Below, piece by piece: positions 42,887 to 55,400 of a stretch of DNA of 64,000 nucleotides. The translations under genes and the position numbers were made by a program. Under the pieces are notes generated by a model. The model did not search any database. It saw only the letters and a list, made by a program, of their open reading frames with translations, and was not told the origin of the DNA. Numbering within the stretch: the first letter of the stretch is position 1; every line of letters begins with the position of its first letter. Source of the DNA: Azolla caroliniana (lineage: Eukaryota; Plantae; Polypodiophyta); NCBI GenBank assembly GCA_043228905.1, contig JBHGNT010000015.1, forward strand, positions 12,524,001-12,588,000, written 5' to 3'.

Positions 42887-45763
42887 CTATTGTGGTGTCC
42901 TCGTCCGGAGTTGATGTAGGTCCTGTAGGTGCATCGTGGTGCGGCTCCTTTGCTTCGTCGGCCTGGTTTTTCCCGGAGTCGCCTTCGTCGTGTGCGTGTG
43001 GTCGGTGGGCTCTTCTTGAGTTAGTGGGCTGGGCTCCGCCGGTAGCGTGCTTGCCATCGGCTGCAGCTCAGCTTCTATTGTTACGTCCTCCGCGGTGTTG
43101 GTCGTTTTTGTGTGTCCCTGGGCGTGGGGCGAGGATTCCGCCTGGTCCGCACTATTTTCCGCGTTTTCTGAAGATGGTGTGGGTTGGACCTCTTGTTGGT
43201 TAATGTTTTCGCTGTCTGGTCCTATGGGGAACTCTGCTCGTTCGTCCCCGCTATTCTCCCCCGTTGTCCTCCCTGGTGATCGGGCCTGAGGTTCCTCTTC
43301 TTCGGTTGTGACCGGAATTGGTGTCCCGCTGGGTTCCTCGTTCGTGTGCGTGTTGCCGGTTTGTGTGATCTGGTGAAATAGCTCCTCCTGACTTTCACCA
43401 AAATCATCAAGGAGTTGTGCGAGTTCTTCGGAGTGTTGATCTGCTAACGTGCGATAGTCTTGCACTAGGTCCTCCCGTACGGTCGCAATGCTCTCCTCGT
43501 TTAGCTTATAAAACCCTCAACCATCTTTCCGCCGGTTCTCCCAGTCCGCACGATACGAGTGCAATTCCGCTGCTTGGGTTGCCCATGCCATCCATCCTTT
43601 GTCCAGCACCGTTTCCAATTGCGCTGTGAACCTTTCCCGGTTGGTCTGGAGAAGGTCGCGCACGTTATCCGTGATAGCCTGACAGCGGTTGCGTGCGTCT
43701 TCCATTGACTTCTGGAGATTCACGATTTCCTGTTGTTTAACTGTTGCCACTTCCTCGTACGTGGCCTTTAGGCCCGCCTACAGCTCGGATTCCTTTTCAT
43801 GTTGTTCTTCTAATTTTCCCATTTCATTGTTTAGGCAGACTTCGAGTTGATGCCTTCTGTCTTGTTCGACTACCAACTGCTCATCGAACCATACCTTCTT
43901 TTTTTCTAATAAGGCCCGAAGTCCCGCTATTGCCGCCCTTGATTTCTTCGCGTCCTCTCGTAATTGGGCGTTGTCCTTTTGTGTCTGGATGTGTTGGGCT
44001 ACCTCCGTAGCTAGTTTCTCTTCAAGCGTTTTTACGACCTTTCGTCCGTTAGCCCGTATCTCCTTTTCTCTGTCGGAGGATTGGTGTAGTTCTGCTCGAA
44101 GACGGTCAATTTCGGATTCCGCTAGCTGCACGGCCCATTTTTCTTTTGAGGCGATGGCGATCTAAGCCTCGATTTCTTCTTTGCGAGCGTTGATAACGTG
44201 GTTCGGTGGCGGGGTTTCGTGTTGCACAGTAGTCGTGTGAGCTTCCAACTCCGCGATGTGTGCGTTGGCCTTTTGTAGTTCGGCTTCCGTCAGTTTCACC
44301 TTCTTCCAGACATTCTTATTTTTTATGGCCATCTCCTTGGCGCCCGTGCTGACCTTTGCCAGTTCCCGATGGACTTCGACTAGGGCCGTGTTTAAGGGTG
44401 GTATCTCCATCCCTACTCGTCGTACCCCGGCGTTCCTCTGTCTGTCGACCCTAGCTAGCCGGTCCTCATCGTCGCTCTCCGTTGTTTGCGTTAGGGCACG
44501 CTCTATCATCTGACGTTCCGCATGCTCCTGTTGTGTTGTCAGGAACTCCATGAGCTCGAAAGAGGTACCGAATTGCAAGAGGGCGCTGAATTCGTGGGCC
44601 GTATCCAGAATATCCGGATATGCCAAAACCTCGTTTTCCGGCGTCAATACGGCTTTCCCTTGTTGGGACTGAGTCGTAATAATCGGTCGCGGCTCCCGGA
44701 TGATTTCGAAGGTGGTATTCGGCTCTGCTGTTGCGGGGCCTTCGCCTGCGGTCGGTGCCTCCGGATCCGTGGGGGCGTTTTTTACCAACCCCCGCCCATC
44801 TTTTCTGTCCAATCTGCGCCGTTTTGGTCTAGGGATTTCCCGTCGTGTTTCGGTGTCTAGTTCTGGGGCTGCTTCCATGGGGTGTCTCGGTTGTTCCTCC
44901 TGCGTCGCCCGTGTGTCCGGTTGGTCGGTAGGAGGTGTTGTCCTTGGGCCTAGTTGGGCCGGTTGGGGTTCCTCATCCCACTCTAGGGCCGCTAACTCCG
45001 CTAACCTGCGTTTCGCGGAGCGGGGCGGGGCCGTGGGTTCGCTGGGTTGTGGTGTTGGCAAGCCTCGGGGTGGAAACAGTACCGTAAGGTATTGTTGGAT
45101 GATTGGCCTGAGCTTTTTGCCTTCTTGGTATGCATGCAAGCCTTCCCTTAATGTCGGCCCTATGATGACCCCCCAGTCGACTGTACGCCCTTCAAAGCTG
45201 TCGATAATGATGCCCGCCTTCTGTTTAGGCATCCCGTAAGCGTTGACATGGACGCAGCCGACTTCCAGTAGGAACTTGGCAACTTCACGGAGGAAGGGAT
45301 CCGGAATCTGTTTTGTTCTATAGGCCTTGGCGGAGGATGAATATGGGCCAAAATACCGTTGCAGCGCCTCTGTAGGAGGTATTTCGAAATTTGTTTTGCC
45401 TAGTGAGGATAGGTCTACCTTCTTCCGAATGTAAGAGTTAGTGACCGTGTCGATGTTAAGCCGCCTAGCGATGTCCATGGCGTCCGGGTGCAGAGGTGCT
45501 TCTGCGACCCGAATATAACCATCCAGGCGCTTCTCCACGAGCCATCGGCGTAGGGCAGTAGAGATGAAGATCGGCATCGCTAGAGTAGGTTCGTGGAGAG
45601 GAGACGTGTAGCAGTGATGAGTTGGAGCTCTGAGATATGATGGGGAAGAAGGTGAGGAGGAGCGATGGGAGCGCTGATAGCTAGACGATGTGTTTCTGCT
45701 TTGTGCAGAAAATCTTCTGTTTCCTTCTTTTTGTAGCTTAGGGTTCATTGGGCGGTGAGCCAT
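42887..45763 (-). pseudogene. Extra sense ORF of A2 (env-position), broken by stops and frameshifts; coiled-coil-rich
   Basis: ORFs 44162-45763, 43778-44131, 43517-43750 and 42887-43465 lie between integrase and the 3' LTR. Confidence 0.75.
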
Positions 45764-45922
45764 CGTGGTGCCGCGTGTTCTTGAACTCAGAGTTTGTGCA
45801 TGCCTTTAGTCGTTTTAATAGTCGCTATCTTCTCTCTCTTTTTTCTTTTTTCTTTTTCTTTTTTTTCGTAACGGTTAGTTACACCCTACTTTTACAATAT
45901 AGTACAAATGGGACTGTCCCTT

Positions 45923-48900
45923 TTACGCTGCTGGTTCTCTAGCTTCGTCCCGTTCGGCGGTGAAAGGGTTAGGTGGCGTAGGGCCCAGGTAAGGTTTCAG
46001 CCGAAACCCATTCACTTTTTGCCGTACTATTTCTCCAGCCAGCGTTCCTAGTTGGAACATGCCCTGTTCCGCTCCAATTATCCAGTATGGGCCGGTCCAG
46101 CGGAAATGTAACTTCCTTGGCATATGGCCCATGTGCATTTGAAACACTAGCACCGCTCGGCCCACGGCGAACTCCTTTTCCCTTGCGCTCCGATGTCGAT
46201 CGACAAACGCTTTACGCCGTCACTGTTCCTCTTCCAACACAGCCATGTTGTGGACGTGTTTTTCCCCTAGTTTGAGGAGTTGGTAGAGCCGTTCCTCCTC
46301 TGACTTGGCTTCTGATAATCGGTTCTGTACCTGAATGCGCAAACTAGATACCCGAAATTCGACCGGCATCACAGCTTCTAGTCCAAACGCTAGCCGGAAC
46401 GGTGTTGACTGTATGCTTGTTTTGTAACTAGTTTTATATGCCCATAACACACCCTGGAGTTTGGTATCCCAGTCCGTTCTATTTTCATTGACAGTTTTCT
46501 TCAAAATGGTCTGTAAAGTTTTGTTCGTGGATTCCGCTAATCCATTCGCCTGTGGGTAGTATTGCGTGCTCTTCTTGTGGTCTACTGCGTAATGTTGTGT
46601 TAGTTCCCGAACCACCGTATTGAGAAAGTGGCTCCCCTGGTCACTGATGAGCTCAATCAGGCTGCTGTTGGTGTGAAGGGCCCCACAAAATCCAATCCCC
46701 ACTTTTGGAAGGGGTCCAGTGGTAATACGGGCTGGTGTGGCATCCTTGCGTCCTCCGCGGGCTGACCCATCCGCTGGCACAAATCACACTTTCTACAATA
46801 CTCGGATGCGTCCTTCTGCGTTGTTGGCCACCATAAGCCCTCCTGCCATACTTTGCGGGTTGTCACGTTGCCCGCGTAATGGCCGTCGGCCGTGCCGTAG
46901 TGTGCCTCCCGTAAAACTGCTTCTTTTTCATCCTGACGGACTCCACGTCGCCAAATGTCGTCACTCCCTTTGTGATATAAATTCCCTTCGACCAGGCAGA
47001 AGTGACGGCTTCGGACGGCTAGTCGTTTCTTCTCGTATGTGTGTAATTGTGGTGGTGGTAGTCCTGTAGTTAAAAAGTACGTCATTTCCATAAGCCATCG
47101 ATCCGGAAAGGTGGATTCCGTTTTTTCTACAAATGTCGCTACTTGCTAGATGTTGGCGTCCGGAAAATCGTTGTCGTCTTTCTGTACTGTTTCTCCATTC
47201 TCAAGTCTGCTCAAAAAATCTGCCACTGCGTGTTGCGTCCTTGGCCGGTGTTGAAGTATGAACTCGAATTCCTGGAGCAGCAGCATCCACCGCGCCAATT
47301 TCCCTGTCAGGGCTTGTTTCTCCACCAAATACAATAATGCCGAATGATCCACGTGGAACGAGAATTTCCATCCTAGTAAATAATGTCGGAATTTATTGAT
47401 GTTATAGATCATCCCTAGCGCCTCCCGCTCTGTTGTGGAATAGTTACGCTCTTCTGCTGTCAATTTACGACTTGCGTAGTATACTGGCCTGTACCAGTTT
47501 GGTTCGGTGAGTTGCATTAGCGTGCTTCCTATTGCTATGTCTGAGGCGTCGACGAACACGTGGAATGGCTTCGCCCAAACTGGAGGTTGTACGACGGGGG
47601 CCTGTGTCAGCATTATCTTAAGTGCCTCATAGGCCTTATCCTCTATTGCAGTCCATTGGAAAGGAGTCCGATGTACGGCAACGTGTAGTGGCGTGGCGAA
47701 GTCCGCCTTATACCGTATCATCCGACTATGCCACCGTATTTGGCCCAGAAACCGGCTAAGTGATTTGGCATTTGTCGGAGTTTTAGCTTGCGTAATAGCG
47801 GAGATCTTGTTTGGGTCGACCGCTATTCCTTCCTTGCTTACGATGTGGCCTAGGAGAGTCCCGTTGGTCATGCCGAAGGCACATTTCGCGGGATTCAAGC
47901 TTAAGTGTGTGGTGCAGCAACGTTCCAGGCAGAGACGTAAGTGCGAGAAATGGTCTTTTGTTCGCCCATATACCGCAAAATCGTCTAAAAAGACTTGCAT
48001 GAACGCCGGAATGTATTCCCCAACGATCTCCGTAATCGTTCGTTGGAATGTTGCCGGCGCTGTCTTTAGCCCGAACATCATGACGACCGCCACATATACT
48101 CCCCAGTCCATGACAAATGTCGTCTTCTCCTGGTCCTCGGGGTGCATGCGTACTTGGTTATAACCACTGACGCCATCTAAGAAATTGTACATCTCATGGC
48201 CTGCGACGGCGTCCAGCACGCTATCGGTGAAGGGTAAGGGAAATGCGTCTGTAATGGTTACAGCGTTTAATTTCCGGTAATCCACGCATACCCGTATTTT
48301 GTTGTTTTTCTTTGGGACAACCACTATCGGGCTAAGCCATGTCGCTTGTTTCACTGGTCATATGAACCCCGCCCTCAGCAGCTTGTCAATTTCTTCTTTC
48401 ACGTGGGTCGCGTAATTGGGGTTCATGCGGTAGCGACGCTGCTGGACAGGTTTCACGTCCGTTACTAAATTGATCTTATGTTGATAGAACATGGGATCTA
48501 ACCCCTTCATGTCCTCGTGAGCCCACGCGAACACATCTTTATATTCCGTGAGTAGTGCGATCATTGTGGTTCTCTGGTCCGGCCTCAATTCCTTTGCTAT
48601 GGAGAGGAACCGGGGTTCCGATCCCGTACCCACATTCACTTCGTCGAGAGCGGAAGCGGTGACTCATCGTGAAATCTCCATTTCCCTTTCGAAGGCCGCT
48701 TGTGCTCTGCTGAGTTCCAATATGGACTCTAGGTTTGGTTCGTACGGCTCTTCGCTCGGAACAATGGTCGTAGTATATTATGCCGCTGTTGCGATGACAT
48801 CTATCTCAAACAACGAAATAATCCGAGGATGTTCGTCCAGGTACGCTTCCAATTCGGCATCCTCCACCCCAGCCAGCATATTGATGTCTTCGCATACAAC

Positions 48901-50901
48901 GGTGTTATCCCCTTAGGTTGTGGCGTGTTGCCTTCCGTCGATACACGAACCTTGATGCGTCCATGCTGGAAACTGATACACTCGTGTTGCCAGCTCTGCT
49001 TGATATTTGTTGTCCGAAGCCATGGTCTGCCTAGAAGCATTGGGTACGCTCCTGGGGCGTCCAAAGCGAGGACGACCACCGATATGCCGAAGCGGTGTCC
49101 GCCCACGATGATGCCTATTTTGTGAATTAGCTCCAACGGTCGCACTGATCGGGTATTTGCCATGCGAAGCCAGAATGGACACGCCTCCCATTCGGAAATG
49201 CCCAACTATTCGCAAGTTTTCGCGCTAATCACATTGACGCCTGAGCCGCCGTCAATTACACATCCAGGAACTTCCTGTCCGTGCAATATTACTGTAATGG
49301 CCGGGTTGTGCTGCTCCACCACTGGTGGTCCCTCGCTGACATCAGTTAGGTTTGTGGCAACGCTGGCCCCGGTCATGCCCGCCACCTGTGCTTCCATGGT
49401 CTGGCGAAAACGTGGAACTAGCTGTAGCAGTTTTTCCATAGTTAACGTGATTTCACAACCCGCTAACACCTGCCAAATGGGGTCTGGCCCCGGTTTTTCG
49501 TTCTCTGTTCGCTTCATTGCGTTCGCGGACTCCTGCCTCATACGTTCCGTATTGGTCGCGTTTGCTTTTTCCACCTAGGCTTGGGCTTGTCGTTGTACCT
49601 CGTCCTGCGCAGCCCAATCCGTCGTTTTTGTTTGCTGGCGTGTTGACTTGTTGCACCTCCGTCGTAATCGTGTTGACGGCGGGCCCCTTTCCCTTGCATG
49701 TTGGGCATTGTGTGGCATAATGTCCAAGTTGCTGACAAATAAAATAATGGATGCTTGATTCTCCCTTCTCAGCCCCAGGTGGAGTGTGCTGTTCTCCGGG
49801 CGCTACTTGCTCTTCGCGGTCCGGCCTCTTTTGTCAAGACGTACGCGGTGGCTGCTGTTGGTCCCGTCGTTGTTCCTGGTCCCGCTCATCCCCCGAGCTT
49901 TCTTTCGTCGTAATGCCGGTGATCCCTATATTGTCGAGGCTTACCCCAATAGCCATTGAAGCCGCCCCGTTTGTTTGTCGAGCGTTGATGTTCGTATCGC
50001 CGACCCCCTTTGGCGTAACTTGGATGTCCACGATAATCCTTGTCCTCCGGGTCGTCCTCCTCGGACTCTTTGTGATTTCGGCGATTCCGGTTGTACCTGT
50101 CCTCCCGCAAGTTGCGATCCTTATACCAGGGTTGGTCCTCTTGCCTCCTTTGTTCCGCCCGGTGCGGTTGCCACTGTGTGTCCATGCCGCTGTGTGTCTG
50201 TTTAACATATTGTACTCGCATTGGTCGATTGTGTGAACCTTCGAGTGGCAGATTGGGCAGTGGATTCGCATATTGCACTCCACTGCGGAATGCCCTGAGT
50301 TCAAGCAAATCGTGCACTGGATTGCCTGACGAAATTGGCGTTCCTCATCCTAAGGTAACGCTTGTCGTAAGGATGACATCGAAAACCTCTCCTCCTCATC
50401 ATCCAACTCGAGTTGTAACGCTCATTCAATCACCATATCCTTCGTTTCCCCTTTCATGCTATTGTTGTTGAGCGTTGCCCGGATGGGCCGGCGTAACGCT
50501 GCCAGAAATGTCTCCCGAGCCTCCTCCTCCGCGGGGCTTCGATCCAGTTTCGGTCGTAAATTTTGGAACCGTAAGCTGAAGTCTGCTATCGTCTCAGTCG
50601 GTAGTTGCTTAATTGTATAAAACTGCCCGAGAATCTCGCGTTGTGGAACCCTCCGGTGGAAGAAACGCAAGAAGGCGGACTGCAGCTGATTGAAGGTTGT
50701 TATGGCTAGTAAATCCATCTGTGAATGTCAGAACGCCGCACGCCCATCTAATGTTAATCTGAACTCCGTCATTTTCGACTGGTGTGCCACCGTCTCGGAA
50801 AGGTTCTGCGCCATGTGGTTCGCATTCCAAACGTTCAAGAACATGTGAATATGAGTTGCGGCGTCGGTTTCGCCGTTAAAGCGAGGGTAGGCAAAGGCCA
50901 T
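45923..50901 (-). pseudogene. Degenerate gag-pol of A2
   Basis: RT WLSPIVVVPKK, CVDYRKLN, VFLDD; RNase H VFVDAS, NYSTTERE; integrase ISDQGSHF, YYPQANGLAE, WTGPY; many frameshifts and a deletion in integrase. Confidence 0.92.
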
Positions 50902-51635
50902 CGTGGGAGCTACGGCGGATCGGAAAAGGTCACCGGGTGGCTGCGGTAAGCATGGTCCCCTCGCCTCGTCGAGGTATTTGGGGAGCAAGGAATCCCCTTT
51001 GCACTCCTGGCAGGTATTACTGAGGTCGCCGTTGCGCGGCTTTTGCCGGGCGCGTTCTTCTGCCTGGCGTGTGACGGACCTTGTTATTGGCCGGTCTTGT
51101 CTTGTTGGTTCTCTGGGTCGTCTGCGGCTAAACATCCATTCGTTGTTGCTCGTCTGTGAGGAAACACAGATCACCAAGCATGCCAAAAGTGTTGCCTCTT
51201 AGGAACACGGTCCGTGGTCAGTCCTTCGACCTAGACCCCAATGTGGGTGTGGAACAACGAACAGAGCTTAAGCGTACTGCGTAAGGAGAGAACCTCTGTG
51301 ATTCCTCCATGTGTACGGGGAGATGGCTACAACCGACTCCTTATCACAGGTTGCACTTACGTACTACTACGCTTACATATCCAAGAAACAGACACTGAAT
51401 TAGTCGCAGCTACACACAGAAACTCAAAGAAGATAGTATTTTATTATCAAGCGTTCTTTTACATTTCCCAAAAATTACACACACATCCTTAAGAGGTTTT
51501 CTGCCCTTTATATATGCAGGTTCTAATTAGCCGTTCACGCTTCCCGCGTGAACCATTACATACGTTACGCTTACATAGTTTCTTATTCCTACATGCTTTT
51601 GGCCGTCGGTTACTATTCCGGCGGACAACAGACAA

Positions 51636-52039
51636 GTTGGATTATCGACGACTCGGTCCTTTCCGTATTACTAGTAAGGTTAATGATGTCACGTTCTGCC
51701 TTGATCTTCCTCCGCATCTTCAGATACATCCGGTTTTCCATAGCTCTCTTCTTGAACCTTATAAAGCAAACACTATTCCCAATCGTGTTACACCACCACC
51801 GCCCCCGCTTGAGTTGGAAGTCGGCCCGGAGTATGAAGTTGTTGCTGTCCTCGATTCCAAACTTGTTCGCAACAAACTTTATTATTTGGTCGATTGGCTC
51901 GTTGAACGTACTTGGGAACCCATTGAGCATGTCGCCAATGCTCAAGATCTTCTTGCTAAGTTCCAGCGAAAGTATCCGAACAAACCCGGTCCGCAATCAA
52001 CGCCGACTCGTTCAACTCGTCGTCTTAAGGGGGAGATAG
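51636..52039 (+). pseudogene. Integrase C-terminus and chromodomain of L
   Basis: LGPFRI, IHPVFHSSLLEP, EYEVVAVLDSK...YYLVDW...TWEP. Confidence 0.9.
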
Positions 52040-52331
52040 TGTCATGATATGGCAAGACTCGATCCCAGGACCTTATGTTATATGGGTCGAGCTCTTGACC
52101 ATTATACCATCTATTGTAATACGTAGGATATTATTTTCATTTAAGTTTTATTATAGGAAATTAATGTATATTCCAGATTTCTCTAGAACATTCTAGAAGC
52201 TTCAGGATTTCTCCTGAGAACACTATAAAAGAAGGCACTAGGCATTATTCTGAACCAAATTGGTTCAACGCCAGTCTTAAGCCTCTTAGCCATCTTGTAC
52301 TTACTCTTCCTATAATATATCATCAGTTATC

Positions 52332-52379
<48 letters not shown>

Positions 52380-52492
52380 TCTCTTTCCTCTCTCTCGGCG
52401 GTCTTACGCAATCCCGTCCTCATAGTACTAATAGTACTTCCCTTCTCTAGTACTAATTCTCTCTCTGTTTTAGTATTATTCCTGATAGTCGC

Positions 52493-55400
52493 TCCCAATT
52501 CGTCTTCCGGTTCCAGGCCCTTCACCACACCGGACCATGTCCGAGTCTTGGCCTTCTTCTTCCGGTCGGCTCTGTCCTTCTTGACTCTGCCGCCGCTGCC
52601 GCTTGTTCCGACTTGTTCGGATGTGTCAACTTCCTTTGTCAACTCGGCTCCTTTCTTTTTCTTGTCTCTCCCTTTGTCGGTTCTTCCCTCATCGGTGCAA
52701 TCGGCATCTTCTTTGTCTTTGCCCGTTCCGGTGTCTTTGCCCGTTCTCCCCCTCAAGTGTGGCACGTCAAGATGTTGAACACCAAGCATTTCGGTGAAGT
52801 GTTGCAACTTGTCTGATCCGAGTGGTTTGGTGAAGATGTCGGCAACTTGCCGATCCGTATGAACATACCGAAGTTCAACTTCACCGCTCAGGACACGCTC
52901 ACGCACGAAGTGGTAGTGCACTTCTATGTGCTTTGTGCGAGCATGGAATACGGGGTTCTTGGTGATCTGTGTGCTGCTTATGTTGTCAAAGTAGATCAGG
53001 ATCAGGGTCGGCACCTCGATCCGCAGGTCTTGCAACAGTCGTCAAAGCCAAATGGCTTCACAGGTGGCAACAGTAGCGCGCCCCGGTATTCAGCCTCAGT
53101 GCTCGAAAGGGCCACTATTGGCTACTTTTTGCTGCTCCACGCAACATCTGCGCTACCAAGGGAAAACATATAGCCGGAGGTGGACCAGTCGGCATCGGTG
53201 TAGCTGACTAGCTCTTCGGTTATACCATGCCGATATAACAGTCCCCGTTCCTTCGTGCCGCTCACATATCGCAAAATTCGATGTGCGCACAGAAGGTGCT
53301 CCATGGTTGGCTTCTACATATATTGGTTGATCACGCTGACCGAATAACTTATGTCGGGTCGGGTTATTGTCAAATATATAAGGCTTCCGACGATTTGTCA
53401 GAACCGCTTCTCATCGCAGGCCGGTCTGGAGTCGGGACGGAGCTTCTGGTTCCAATCCCGGGGTGTGGAGATCGGTCGGCATTCCATCATGCTGAACTTG
53501 TACAGCATATTCAACACATAGTGTCTTTGTGAGAGCAATATGCCGTCGAGGGTTCGGATCACCTCGATCACAAGGAAATAGTGAAGGTCCCCCAGGTCCT
53601 TCATCTCAAATGCGTCTGATAGCTGGCACTTGACTCGGCTGATTTCATCGAGTTTGGGTCCGGTGATGACTAGATCATCAACATACAGCAAGATGCAAAC
53701 CGGACCGTCCGGAACTTGCCGAATGAACAACGAAGAGTCGGACTTGGAGGCCGCAAAACCCATCTTACGCAATCGATGTGTGATCTTCGCATTCCAAGCT
53801 CGGGGGGCTTGCTTCAGGCCATAAAGTGACTTCTTCAGCCGGCATACAGCCAACTTGTTCATCTCCAACTGGAAACCGGGGGCTTGGGTCATAAAGACTT
53901 CTTCTTCAAGATCGCCTTGAAGAAATGCATTCTTCACATCCATCTAGTGAAGATGCCACCCCCTTGCCGCAACAACCTCTAGCACCACACGAACCGTCGT
54001 CATCTTCGCTACCGGAGCGAAGGTCTCGTCGTAGTCGATTCTGTGGGTCTACGCTTATCCCTTCGCCACTAACTGGGCCTTGTACCGATTAATTGAACCG
54101 TCGGCATTGTACTTTACCTTGTACACCCATTTACATCCGATCAGTTTACAGTGTCGGGGAGGGACAACTAGGTTCCATGTGTCGTTGGCATCAAGTGCCC
54201 GCATTTCTTCCTCCATAGTGGCACGTCAATTTGCGTCCTTTGTTGCTTCTGCGTAGCTCTCTAGCTCATGCACTTCCGCCAATTTGGTCATGTACACATA
54301 ATGATGTGTCATGTACTCATTGTACCCGTACTGCTTCACGGGATTCTTCTAGCGGGAAGACCGTCGTAGCCTATCGTTACCCGGTTTGAGGCCCTTCTTG
54401 GCCGGTTCGGACTTCGTTCCCAAAGATCCGCCTTCAACCTTTCCGAAGTCGGTTTCGCTCCGATCTAACTCAACGTTACCGGTTTCGTATTGCGACATCT
54501 TCTTCTTCCCCTTCTCTTTGCGCGTGAACCATCTCCTCATTCCTTGCACGGGGATAGCACGGCAGGGTCTCCACTACTCGTCAGTTCCTCATCCAACTGG
54601 TCATCCTGACTCAACCGCTCATTCAGTCCTCTCAACCGAAGGGATTCTAGACTCACATCTAGAGTCTCAAACCCTTCGTCTTCTAATTGGAACGATTCAG
54701 GCTCACTAGCCTCATCCTCCGGTATCGGGTCAAGGTCGGAAGTCGGAGCCGGTAAGGCATACCATGATGTCGTCTCATCAAACTCAACATCCGGGCTAAC
54801 TCAGGCCTACTTCGTTCGGTATTATAACACTTATACCCCTTTTGATCATGCGAGTAACCGACTAGGATGCGTTTCTCCGACTTTGCATCCAACTTCCTCC
54901 GCTTCTCATCCGGCACATGCACATATGCAATGCTACCAAATATCCGAAGGTGTCTCAAATTCGGCTTGCGCCCGAAATACAGCTCATGCACGGACACCTT
55001 GTCACCGATCCGGTTTTGGATATAGAAAATCATACGGACCGCCTCAGCCCAGTAGAATTTGGGCATGCTCTTCTCCTCCAGCATCGCCCTTGCCGCGTTG
55101 ATAATCGACCGGTTCTTCCTCTCGGCCACACCATTTTGCTCCGGTGTGTATCTGCAGCTGAACTCTCTCCGAATTCCTTTTTGTTGCAGATAACTGTTGA
55201 ATTGGCCGGAAAAATATTCTTTTCCGCCATCCGACCGCAGGCACTTGATCTTCCTCTCCGTTTCCCGTTCAACCAGGCTTTGCAGGTTCCGGAAACACTC
55301 AAAGACTTCGTTGTTCTACTCAATGAGGTAGATCCATGTGTGTCAGTTGTAGTCATCAATGAAGGAGACGAAGTATCGACTCCCGCCAAGACTAACGTTT

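Larger units (their letters stand above)
42366..51630 (-). mobile_element. Element A2: full-length Athila/Tat-superclade gypsy element with an extra 3' ORF
   Basis: LTRs 42366-42804 and 51190-51630; 5-bp TSD GACAA at 42361-42365 and 51631-51635; PBS 51172-51185; no PPT visible. Confidence 0.95.
37568..52487 (+). mobile_element. Element L: chromovirus (Tcn1-like Ty3/gypsy), host of A2
   Basis: LTRs 37568-38018 and 52040-52487 (TG...TA ends); 5-bp TSD GTCGC at 37563-37567 and 52488-52492; PPT AAGGGGGAGATAG; C-terminal chromodomain. Confidence 0.95.
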
